This document shows, piece after piece, positions 12,590 to 24,576 of a stretch of DNA of 64,000 bases. This DNA comes from Eledone cirrhosa. Taxonomy: Eukaryota. Below the pieces are notes generated by a model that saw only the letters and a program-made list of their open reading frames with translations, was not told where the DNA came from and ran no database searches. Both the position numbers and the translations under genes were made by a program. Position 1 is the first letter of the stretch. Every line of letters begins with the position of its first letter. The stretch lies in the NCBI GenBank assembly GCA_964016885.1, contig OZ024740.1, positions 47,740,001 to 47,804,000 of the forward strand, in the 5' to 3' direction.

Positions 12590-13150
12590 GTTTAATTTTT
12601 GTTCTCCTCATTTGTTCAAGGCAAACATAATTAAGAAAGTGAATAGGTGAGAGAGTATGAATATGATGAGAACAACAGAATGATAGAGAGACCAGTGATA
12701 GCTGAAGAGAGAAGCAGTATAAGCAGCTCCTGAAAAATGCAGTTGTGTCTTTTCAAGGCCAACCAAACAAGAATATACATCTTGGCAACACTCCTACGAT
12801 TTCTCGAAGACCTGCTGCAGTGTGAATATTTGGTCGGCTCTGCTGTGTCCAAGGAGAAAACCGCACTGTTCATCAGCTAGCTTGGACTTGGCAATCTCCC
12901 TGCATCTCTTTGTCAAACACTTAGCATAGAATTTACCAGAGAGGCTTAACAAGGAGATCCCCCTGTAATTGGAACAATCTCTCTTGTCTCCCTTTTTAAA
13001 AATTGGGATTATCATCCTGCTTGCCATTGTTTAGGTGCCTTTCCAGAGATCCAGGCCACCCAGCATACACGAGTCAGCCAGAGAATATGTTCTTTATTTA
13101 AGGCTTTTAACATCTCAACGCAGCAGTTTCTGCTTCAGCTGTTAAATACT
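12590..13150 (-). mobile_element. RTE/BovB-like LINE RT fragment (different family)
   Basis: IIPIFKKGDKRDCSNYRGISLLS..EQCGF..DQIFTLQQVFEK, the N-terminal RT motifs. Confidence 0.8.
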
Positions 13151-13327
13151 GCAGGTAAAAGAGGCTTGGTGTAGTGCCGGATGGCAGGAGAAGCCCTTGG
13201 TTCAATCGAGGTCAAAGCCATGACAACTCCTCCTATGCACTCGGTGGAACATGAAACCATATATAAGCAAGACAGATCCCTGGCCTGTCTGGTAGATCAA
13301 TGGCTTCACTTCAGTACTGACTTGGTC

Positions 13328-13467
13328 TATGTAGACCCATGCAACCCTTGCTAGCAGGGAAAGCAGATGTCAAAATTACAATGATGATGCTGATATATAT
13401 ATCATCATCATCATTGTCATTTTGACATCTGCTTTCCCTGCTAGCAAGGGTTGCATGGGTCTACATA
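13328..13467. repeat. 140-bp near-perfect palindrome built from a LINE/SINE 3' tail
   Basis: Two 70-bp arms, reverse complementary with 2 mismatches, centred on (AT)n at 13397/13398. Confidence 0.95.
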
Positions 13468-13473
13468 TATATA

Positions 13474-13698
13474 TCATCATCATCATCACCATTTTACGTC
13501 CGTTCTTCCACACTAGCATGGGTTAGACGGGTTGTCCTGTTGTGGGCAGTGTCCAGTCGGCTGACTTTGTCTTGCTCATACGGGAACTGATTCTGGTTTG
13601 ATTTCTACAGCTGGGTGCCCTTCCTAACACCAACCTCATTTACAGTGAGTGCTGGGTGCTTTTTTCCATGGCGCCTACACGTCCACTTTGCCGTGGCA
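13474..13698 (-). mobile_element. 5'-truncated RTE LINE 3' UTR
   Basis: Near-identical to 62524-62730; (CAT)n tail; (TA)n on both flanks. Confidence 0.85.
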
Positions 13699-13735
13699 CA
13701 TATATATATATGTAATGTATCTTTTATTCTTTCAG

Positions 13736-13839
13736 GTCATGAATATGTAACCAGCTTACCTTTCCAGATGGAACTGTACTTCAATGTATGGTTCTTCCCA
13801 TTTTGGCTTGTTTCTTCAATTGCAGTTCTTGTTGTCAAG
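13736..13839 (+). CDS. TMEM17: TMEM17 exon 2 (GHEYVTSLPFQMELYFNVWFFPFWLVSSIAVLVVK)
   Basis: tttcag acceptor, AAG|gtagat donor; matches recalled human VSSLALQMSLYFNTYYFPLWWVSSI. Confidence 0.95.
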
Positions 13840-13969
13840 GTAGATATTATTTTCAGCACTGTACATTTTTTGCCAGATGTTCCTGGGGAAAGAAAACAGG
13901 ATTAGTGGAGTGATAAAACAATAAAAAAACAAACATTAAAGGACCATTTTGGAATATTATATATATATA

Positions 13970-15822
13970 GAGAGCGAATTGATCTAGACGAAATGCAATT
14001 CGGGTTTGTGTCAGGTAAAAGTACAACAGACGCTCTCTTCATTGTACGACAACTACAGGAGAAGTACCTAGCTAAAAGTAAACCCCTATACTTAGCCTTT
14101 GTTGACTTGGAGAAAGCCTTTAACAGAGTACCCCACTCGATTATCTGGCCCTTAGAAAACTAGGTGTTGATGAATGGCTTGTGAGAGCTATACAAGCCAT
14201 GTATAAAGAAACAGTCAGCAAGGTTAGAATTAACAACAAATATAGTGAAGAGTTTAGCGTAAAAGTTAGTGTTCATCAGGGCTCCGTCCTTAGCCCCCTA
14301 CTATTTATTATTGCCCTTCAGGCTATAACAGAGGAGTTCAATACCGGCTGCCCATGGGAACTCCTATATGCAGATGATCTAACGCTCATAGCTGAATCAA
14401 TGGTGGAACTAGAGAAGAAATTCCAAACATGGAAGCATGGCCTAGAATCAAAAGGCCTTAAAGTTAACTTGTCTAAGACTAAAGTTCTAGTTTGTAGGAA
14501 GGAAAATAGGGCACCGGTCCCATCTGAGAAATGGCCATGCTCAGTGTGTAGGAAAGGAGTAGGCAGAAACTCCATTTTATGTCCCAAATGCAAAGTATGG
14601 GTGCATAAAAGATGTAATGGGATCACAGGTAAGCTAACTAAGAATATAGATTTTATATGTGGCCGGTGCTCTGGTACAATAAGTAGCAGCAAGTGCCCAC
14701 AGAATACTAGCTCATTCCATTGCACAGATGGTTCTATAGAAATGGTGGACAGCTTCCGTTACCTGGGTGACAAAATCAGCAGTGGGGGAGGGTGCTCTGA
14801 AAGTACAGTAGCTAGAGTCAGAACGGGATGGAAAAAGTTCAGAGAGCTTATACCACTATTGGCCGCTAAAGGGTTCTCTCTAAAAATGAAAGGCTGGCTG
14901 TATGATGCCTGCATACGAACAGCAATGTTACATGGCAGTGAGACCTGGGCATTGTGTGCAGAGGATATACGCAGACTGCAGAGAAATGAAGCTTGCATGC
15001 TCCGCTGGATGTGTAATAGTAATATACGTGAACGGCAAAGCATAAACGAACTAAGGGAGAAATTAGGAATAAGAGGGATCAGATGTTGTTTACTCGAGAG
15101 AAGACTACGTTGGTATGGTCACGGGATGCGCATGAAAGACGACAGCTGTATAAAAAAGTGCAGGGCGATAAAAATAGACGGTAGCCACGGAGTAGGCAGA
15201 CCCAGAAAAACCTGGGACGACTTGATAAATTCCGACCTCACACACTTACACCTCTCCAAGACAATGTCACTGGACCGAGATCTTTGGCGCTACACAGTTA
15301 TACAGAAGACCCGCCTTGCCTAAGTACAAAGCGAAACCTACAGTCAGTAGGCACCTCTAACAAAATACACCCCCGTCCCACTACCCCCACCCCATCCACA
15401 CCACCCCCTAAAATGTGAAATTATGTTGGTACCACAACATCTAGTCCGAAACAAATGAGGTCGTGTAGGTGTCACGACAAAAAAACACACAGTCCATGCT
15501 GTAATGTGGCCGTGTAGGTAACACGGTAAAAACCTCCCAGTACACACTGTAAACGTGGTTGGTGTTAGGAAGGGCACCCAACCGTAGAAAACCCGCCAGA
15601 CGTGTAGGTGTCACGACAATAAAACACACAGTCCATGCTGTAATGTGGCCGTGTAGGTAACACGGTAAAAACCTCCCAGTCCACACTGTAAACGTGGTTG
15701 GTGTTAGGAAGGGCATCCAGCCGTAGAAAACCCGCAAGACAACCAATCTTGCCTCAAGTGGACAATTCCCGTCCAGACCCATGCTAGCGTGGAAAATGGA
15801 CGTTAAACGATGATGATGATGA

Positions 15823-15826
<4 letters not shown>
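13970..15826 (+). mobile_element. 5'-truncated RTE-clade LINE: RT with internal PHD finger, long 3' UTR, (GAT)n tail
   Basis: EMQFGF..STTDALF..FVDLEKAF (frameshift near 14148), then 380-aa ORF with HQGSVLSPLLF, YADD, RYLG, LRWYGH, GRPRKTW; inserted in (TA)n. Confidence 0.95.
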
Positions 15827-15863
<37 letters not shown>

Positions 15864-16897
15864 CACGAGATTCAGCTGAAAAGTTCATAGGCTGGCTATG
15901 AAGGGGTGATGCTAGAACTGTGAAATCTTGCATGCATTAATTTCAACTCTTTTTATTAATAACTGCAATGTTTCTTTCCAGGAACTATGTTAAAAAATAA
16001 ATCTCATTTGGTCATTCAATGAGAGTATCTTGGTCAGCTTATATGTATATATATTGTAAATAGTTACTGCCCAACTGCTGAGCGCATGCTGTTTTGACAG
16101 CTAGTGGTTATCCACTTGCATCAAAACAGCATGTGTATGTATTTACAATACATACACTCTACTTTCCCAAGTATTAAGTACTTAGCTGAATATAGTCTTA
16201 CTTGTTTAAACTGGGGTAGTCTAAATATACAATTGTAGCATTCATTTTTTTTTTCTTACAATACATTATCCTCTACCCTGCCATTCTTTACAGAATCTTT
16301 ATGATAGTTCATGGTTGACATAATTCTGTGAATGATATAATATAATAAGCATTATATATATATGTCCTTCCACAACCTCTCTTTCTAGGGGTGAAGGACT
16401 AGTGTCCGAAACGTTAAGACTCTCTTCCTGTTATATTTCTTTCATGTACTGTGTCATTTGTTTTGTTATTACTTTTACACACACACATATACATATATAT
16501 ATCATAATCTATCATTTTCATTATTTTATCATTGTCCATGCTGGTAGAGGTTGGATGGGTCACTGCAACCTCATCTTGCTGAAACACTTTATATTTGGCA
16601 TGATTTCTATAGCCGGATTCCCTTCCTAACACCAACCACCTTACAGGGTGCATTTTTCTTTTTGTGTTACCAACACTACCAATTTACTAAGTGTACTGAG
16701 TGCATATTTCAATGGCACCAGCACTACCACTTTAAAGAGTGTATTTTGTGAGTTTTACCATGGCACCCATGCTAGAGGGGGTTGTCATATGTTCATCTTT
16801 ATTGAGAATCCTCTCACACCTTATACTGTTTCTGTTTGATCATCAATGCTGTATCTTCTGGTTCTTCACCACATTACTTTTTGTGTCTTTTCATATT

Positions 16898-16931
<34 letters not shown>

Positions 16932-16959
16932 AATGTGTCTGTGTGTGTGTGTATATATA

Positions 16960-17740
16960 TATACTGGCCCCACTCCCGAACTATACAGACGTTATATTGA
17001 TGACTGCATCAGTGTCATGTCATTCAACCTAGTACAGCTCAATTCCTTCCTCTCCGCTCTTGACTTCACCACTTCTGTCCACTTCCTGGATATCTCTGTT
17101 TCTATCAACCACTCCAATCGCTTCCTCATCACTTCAGCCTTCTTTAAACCCACCTCCTCCTACACCAATCTTGACACTACCTCCTCCCATCCCATCCACA
17201 CCAAACACTCCATCCCTTACTCCTAATTCCTTCGTCTCCACTGTCTGTGTTATTAAACACATGACTTTGAGGCTCAGGGTCATTACATGTCTAGACTATT
17301 CACCCAGCGAAGATATCCGCTATCTTGATACAAGCCACCCTCACCCATGCCTATGGAGTCGACTGCAGCCACTGGTCCCAACCAATCGACTACCCTTTCA
17401 CCCCCCCCCCCCCCCCGAAAAGAAGCCTCCCCCCTCAGTCGGATCCCTCCACCTCTCCTCTCTTTTAATGTGCACACATTAGAAACCTTCTTGTCCGCAT
17501 TTTTTTCCCTCCTTCCAACTCTTCTTCTGAATCTCAACCCCGGTGCCACACATGCAGCTTCATCACCTAATCCTCATCGGATCTAATGGCTATATCTTTC
17601 ATGTTAGGGACTCTTTCATTTGTACTTCCAAAAGCCTCATCTATGGACTCCGGTGCATGCTATTGAAGGCCATATACATTGGTCAAACTGGCCAATAGAT
17701 TCGTTGAACATCTGCAGGACATCTGGGTCAGCAATACTGA
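16960..17740 (+). mobile_element. Penelope-like element remnant (RT plus GIY-YIG endonuclease)
   Basis: YRRYIDD, VHFLDISV, FFKPT..SSHP..KHSIPYS and LIY..YIGQTG..RFVEH motifs in broken frames. Confidence 0.8.
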
Positions 17741-20700
17741 AATATCCTCAGTGACATTATTTTTGTGAATGTTTTTGAAAGTTTATACATCAAGAGGAGA
17801 GAGAAAGCGGAAGAGTGATAGCCATGCAAAAATGTGGCCAGAATGACAAAATAAGGTGAGTGAGGAAGGATGATGATAAGTTAAACAGATATTGATTCCT
17901 ATCATGGATGAGAAGTGGGGGTAAAGTAGTGCTAAAGTGTGTAGCAGTTATAGGAGTGTTGTAGACATGTATAAACATAGATATGCAAATGGATTTCCAT
18001 TGGGTTTGACAGTAATTATTCAGCTGTTTAATCAAATGAACTACCTGTTTATGCATTAATGTGTATGTGGCTGAATATCCCACATATTTAGGTACTTTTC
18101 TTTTAATTTCCTGTACCGTATTAGCATGACATTCTTGGGGGGAAAACAGCATTATGACTGCATCATATTAAAAATTCAAGTCTTTACTTTCATTTAGTGT
18201 ATATTTTCACTAATAGAGATACTATAAACAAACCTGTTTTCAGAAATTTTCTATATCATTACGGGATGTTAAGAGGTAATGTAACCCTCAGGCAGGAATC
18301 AATGTGGCAGTGTGTGACAATGATAGACTTTTGAATTATAGGTGTAGCTAATGGGTTTCTACAAAATTTCTGTCTATCCAGTTTCATTCACAAGTCAACT
18401 CAAGACTATGATAAAAGACACTTGCCTGAGATACCATGTAGTGGGATCAATCCCAAGACATGATTGCAAAGCAAAATTCTTAACAATTCGGCCATGCTGC
18501 ATTCACAAAATGATGTCCATACAAACATACACAAACACATTAACACAGTGGAAAAGATAAAAAATATTTTTTATTTTTAAGAGGAGAAAAGTAGTATTAA
18601 TAAAGGGAGGGAATGTTAATATGTTTATACAGATAAATTTTCTAAAAATTTATAGTAACACTAAGAATTTTCATTTGCAGAAAACATAGGGGAGGAAAGG
18701 GTAAGGTAGGGGGAGCAGCTGGTTGAGGATTCTGTTTGGTAATAAGTCAGTGGAGCAGGGAAAAAAGGGTACATTTTTTTTTATTGTAGTAGGGAAGGAA
18801 GGATGAAGTATAGATGTGAGGCTTGAGATAGGTGTCAATAAGTGTATGCTTATATTTTATTCAAACATACATAAAGGCTAAGATCAGGAAAAAAGGTGCA
18901 GATGGGATTATATAAAAGAGCAAAGACTATGGAAGTGTGGTGCAAATAAAATGGGGGAAACTACAGAATCGGAGAGTAGGAAGCTAAGTTATGAAAGAGC
19001 AGGTGTTTTAATGAGAAGATGTTTGTATGAAAGAGAGAGGAATTTGATCTTCAGGTGTGTGTACAGTTGGAGTGCAGTGGTACAGCTGATAACCTGGGCT
19101 CAATGAAGTAACAGAATGAAAGTAACCATGATTGAAATATAATTGCCACATCTCCCCACATTTTGAAATGAAATCCAAGTCTCTGCTGTGCAGCTGACCG
19201 ATTTGAAAGAATGGAGAGAACGGAAAAGATATAGCATGTGTGGTGAGAGGAAGAATACTTAAGAGTGAGAGGAAGAATACTTGAGATAAGAGTGAGAGTC
19301 AGTGAACTTATAGTAAACAAGAGATGAACAAGTGGGTGTTGTCAAAGTGACAGAGATATCGAGAAAGCTGATAGAAAGAATTCCAATGCAGAGTGAAAAG
19401 TATTTATGTAAGCAATTTAGTTCATACCTAGTGAGTGAAGTTGTGCTAAGCTATCATTGATATAAAAAGTACAAATATAGTTCAGGGGTAAATCAAGTAG
19501 ATTTGGCAAATATTTAGGCTTCAATATGGTCTACAATGATATTAATGTAATTGAAGTCCATTTTAGTTCTCATAGCTTCTCCATTAATGTACTGGTAAAA
19601 CTAACTAAAGATTTAGAATGAGGAATGAGTTCATTTAAACAGAGGAAGGTGGTAGTACTGGATTTAAATATGGAGGGCAACAATAAAGGAATTATTTTAG
19701 AGCTGATAGGCCTTCTTTATTGAGAAATGACATTGTATAGAGATTTCACTTCTATGGTGAAAGGAGGTTAGGGGGGTCCAGAAGGCAATGAGAAAGAGTT
19801 AAAGAGATTTAGGGCATGGTTAGCATCCTTCTCAAGATAATTGGAGTGGAGCTCAGTGGGATAATTACATATAGGGATGATAAGATTCACAATTATTGGG
19901 TTTATAGATTTAATGAAGTATGTGGTGTGGGTACAATGGGGTTAGATGGAGATGGTGGAAATACTTTTAAAGAGATGAATTCTCAGACTGTGGAAGATAT
20001 TTGCTTCTGGCAGAATCTTTTGTTCATTTCCAGTAGGAAAGTAGATTGTCAAGCTGGCAGAGTGTTTAGAAGTCAATAGACCACAATGACATCATCTTTA
20101 TTGGTCGATTTGCATCAAATTTCAATGTTGTGCTATTTTTTTTAAATAAATGGAATCTATGTTCACAAATAGATCCACCATGTACTGACACAGATTGAAT
20201 ATTCAATTGGAGTGACATCATCATGTTTGTAAAAAATCCTCTATCAACGGATTCCAATTTACTATCATGTTATAAAGCCTTCAGTTTAGTCTGCATTGGA
20301 CTCTTAACTTCCATTGGAAAGGAACAAAGCTTAAGCCTCTACTGAGAATAGCTTGCTTAGCATCTGACAAAGAAAGATTCCTCAGAATGGTGACTGGTAA
20401 AGCTTAAAAGTTTTTTTGGTGCTAAGAAAGTTGATTTTTTTAAATGTTATACTATGGAAAATACATCGCACTGTCTTATACATTTATAATGGCTTCTTAC
20501 AATGGCATTAATTGATTAAAACAATGGTCATGTATTTTTCATATAACATGAAAAATAATCTGTTTCTATCTCTAGCAGAGACTAGTTTGTTGCAAGCATT
20601 TGACAAGGTCTTCAGTATAAAAATAACTACCTCCCAATATTCTTGGAGGACATAAAAAAGGACCATAGGCTTGCCCTTCCTGGAGACTCAGAATTGAAGA

Positions 20701-21059
20701 CTTTAATGAGATAGAATTGACAACCACATTACTGTACCTGCTACAACCTAGTGAATTATAAAGAAAGAAACAAAAAGTTCTGATATGCTATTTTTGTTAT
20801 TTGTCCAAGAAAGTGAAGCAGTACTCAAAGCTATTGTATGCCTTTACAGACTTTTTAGTTTGAACTTCTGTATAAGGTGATGCTTATATAGAAAATACAA
20901 AGAGGGATAGAGTTCCTGAGGACAACAGTTCTAGGAAGGAAGGATTACATGAAGTGGTGGGAATGACGAGAAGACTTGATGTGGATGCATTAGATGACAC
21001 ATAGTTTCTTAGTTCAGCTATGGATTCATAAAATGTCATTAAATATACATAGTAAATCA

Positions 21060-21350
21060 ATATCATCATTGTATTTATGTCCATTTTTCCATGCTAGCAT
21101 GGATTGGATGGGTCCTTTTCAGCACAGCATCTCTCCACTTGCCTTCATCATTTCCTCTCTCAGTGATTTGAGATCAGCTCTCACCACCTCTGCCTGGGTC
21201 TTCCTTGGTCTAGCTTTACTGCGGCTTCCCTCCACTGGGATTTCCTGGCACTTCTTCACTCAGTGATCATCATCCATGTGCATCACATGTCCGTACCAAT
21301 GCAGTCTTCTCTCTTGCACACCACCTAAGATTCCTCTTAAACCCAGTTTT
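21060..21350 (-). mobile_element. RTE LINE 3' end fragment; similar fragments at 28415-28550 and 49083-49310
   Basis: Minus strand encodes decayed WYGHV..GSRSKARPRKT followed by the shared CCATGCTAGCATGGAAAA tail. Confidence 0.75.
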
Positions 21351-21723
21351 TTTTTCATTCAACACAAGGCCAATATTTATTGAAGAAGTAAAGTTGGTTG
21401 AATCAACTTGTTTATATTTCATGATTCCAGGATGTATTTGATACAACACACCATTCTGTTAAACCTATTGTTAATAAATCTTTCTTGATGTTCCAAATAA
21501 AATTGAAAACTTGAATAAGCTCTAAGAATTCTTTACATTTAAACACCAATAATGCATACAAATATTTATAATTGTAATTATAATATGATTATTGAAACAC
21601 TTTTAGTCATGTTTTCAGACTTGCCAGAAGCTTTTTTCTGCACATTGATAATTTTGGTATTATAGGATTAAATAGCTTCCCTAGCAAAGATTGTTCTTAA
21701 TTATTTTATTTCCACATTTCCAG

Positions 21724-21837
21724 TTTTCCAAACTCAGTATCGTCTACAAGATCCTCCTGGTTGCTGCTTACATCATGTTTGGAATTATTGAAATTATCCG
21801 GCTCTATTTGGGTTACATTGGGAACTTGATGGAAAGA
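21724..21837 (+). CDS. TMEM17: TMEM17 exon 3 (FSKLSIVYKILL..EIIRLYLGYIGNLMER)
   Basis: ttccag acceptor, AGA|gtatgt donor; the IExIRLYLGYxGNLxE signature of TMEM17/TMEM216. Confidence 0.97.
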
Positions 21838-22015
21838 GTATGTAATGACTACAACAACAATGGTTCTGATGATTCCTTACTGTTGTTGTTGTTTATTTAT
21901 TTTGGTCTTTTATTTAGTTTTGTTTCTCCTTCCTGGTAAAGGGAAACATTTCAGTAGAATATATATAGTCATTCAAGTGACATGAAATGAAGCTATTAAA
22001 CTGAAAACACTATAC

Positions 22016-22859
22016 ATCATCACATACATGCCACCACTACCAACACCACTTTCATCCCCATCATCACATACATGCCACCACTACCAACACCACTTTCATC
22101 CCCATCATCACATACATGCCACCACTACCAACACCACTTTCATCCCCATCATCACATACATGCCACCACTACCAACACCACTTTCATCCCCATCATCACA
22201 TACATGCCACCACTACCAACACCACTTTCATCCCCATCATCACATACATGCCACCACTACCAACACCACTTTCATCCCCATCATCACATACATGCCACCA
22301 CTACCAACACCACTTTCATCCCCATCATCACATACATGCCACCACTACCAACACCACTTTCATCCCCATCATCACATACATGCCACCACTACCAACACCA
22401 CTTTCATCCCCATCATCACATACATGCCACCACTACCAACACCACTTTCATCCCCATCATCACATACATGCCACCACTACCAACACCACTTTCATCCTCA
22501 TCATCACATACATGCCACCACTACCAACACCACTTTCATCCTCATCATCACATACATGCCACCACTACCAACACCACTTTCATCCTCATCATCACATACA
22601 TGCCACCACTACCAACACCACTTTCATCCTCATCATCACATACATGCCACCACTACCAACACCACTTTCATCCCCATCATCACATACATGCCACCACTAC
22701 CAACACCACTTTCATCCCCATCATCACATACATGCCACCACTACCAACACCACTTTCATCCTCATCATCACATACATGCCACCACTACCAACACCACTTT
22801 CATCCTCATCATCACATACATGCCACCACTACCAACACCACTTTCATCCTCATCATCAT
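22016..22859. repeat. Minisatellite, 19 copies of a 44-bp unit (ATGCCACCACTACCAACACCACTTTCATCC[C/T]CATCATCACATAC)
   Basis: Unit starts recur every 44 bp from 22028 to 22820; single C/T variant position. Confidence 0.98.
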
Positions 22860-24576
22860 TTAATATCTCAATTTCCAATCTGTAAAATCTCTCTTAATTG
22901 ATTAACCCACAATATATTTTATCTCAAAATTCATTTAAAGAAATAACAATGATCTTGAAGATTGTGAGTCCACAACTTCTATAGGTATTTTGTTATGACT
23001 TGGCTGGGGTGAAGAATGTTTCCACAATGTTTCAGTGCAACTTGCTACGAAAAAAAAAAAAGATATCTATTTTATATATGGTGAAAATAGACTTGTCTGC
23101 TGTAACAATATGAAGTCTTCTTCCTTACATAGTAGTAGAGGTACCTGACCAATACTTTAGTTCAATGAAATCAAAAGATTCATGAAAAGATTAAATGTGT
23201 TTCACAAGTGATGTTAAATCTTACACTATTCAATATATAATGAAACATCACACAATAAGAAATCAATTCTAATTTAGTTGATGGAAGTTCCAAAATACAG
23301 TCACCAAAGAAGAAATTCAAAAGTTACTTCAAAGCTAACCTTAATTGGGTAGGCACTGAACCTCTCATAGATTATGATTCCTTAAAAGATTCCTTCATCT
23401 GATTGGCAAATCTTTATGTATCAACACACTACAACCACAATCACACCATGTCCACTTTATATTTCTTTTACCATTACTACAACAGTTTCTAATATTCTAA
23501 ATCTATAAGCTGTTCACCATCACTTTCAAAATAAACCTAATACATCCACTTCTCCACCTTCATGGAATTTTCTATATAGTCGCTCAACCTACTAGAAATA
23601 GCAGCTAAATCTTCTTCAAATCAAACCTTCCTAAAAAAAACATATTGAACAATGTATTCCTTGATAAACAAAGACAGGTTGGTCAGGGATGGAATGCTTT
23701 TTATAAAAGTTCTTTCTAATCATAAGGCTCATATGAGACTAAAGAACAACAACAATATCTAACTTGACAAATCAAATATAAAAAGTGCAACACTAAGCAC
23801 TCTTCCTACAGTTCAGGCTGAATATCAAGTATACCATTTCGGGAAGATGAAATTCTATAAAAAAGATCCCATAACTCCTTATGGAGTTGTAGAGGCACCA
23901 TCATACGGCATGTCTAGGGCATTTTAAAACCTGGTGGAGCCCAACCTTCTCCAGATCTGAACACAGCCATTTTTTTCTATAGAGGAAGAATCAACCCCAG
24001 TACTGGACATGGTACTTTTTTTTATCAACCTCGAGAGGATGAAAGGCAAAGTTGACCCAGCGGCATTTGAACTCAGAGCGCGCAATGAGGTGGGACGAAT
24101 ACTGTAAAGCATCCTATTTGAAGTCTTAACGACTCTGCCATTTCGCCACCTAAATTCTATACACATTCCAATAATACATGCTCGCAAGAGTGCTTGACTA
24201 TTCCTGTATCTTAGCCTCCTCATCACCTGCAACAATGCTGCCAGTATGTTGGCTTGCCTCAAAAATCATTAGAGGAAAACTCCAGTTTTCTTTGTTGTGG
24301 TGTGTGATTCTTCTCCCACTTTTTTTGTTATTTTGTTCTGTTTTAATAAATAAATATATCAAGTACTTTACCCCAATAAAAGAATTACTGTCCAAAACAA
24401 ACAAAAACAGAAATATGAGATATATGCAAACTCTAGACTAGGTAGAGGTAGTGCTGTATGTAGTCAAATTAATCCCATTATATTACTGATGCTTATTGAT
24501 ATAGTAAATCCTACATTCTGATATTGAAGTGTCTCAGTCAATTTATGAAATAGGTTAAAGAGTAAAAACCCCTTCA

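Noticed and set aside
14181-15323. Domesticated or intact RT gene
   Set aside because: 5'-truncated, frameshifted near 14148, no endonuclease domain, GTG start and a retroposon tail; an ordinary dead LINE copy.
22016-22901. Three overlapping 261-285 aa His/Pro/Thr-rich ORFs, or a CRISPR-like array
   Set aside because: A 44-bp unit with no stop codons opens all three frames; units are contiguous with no spacers and there are no cas genes.
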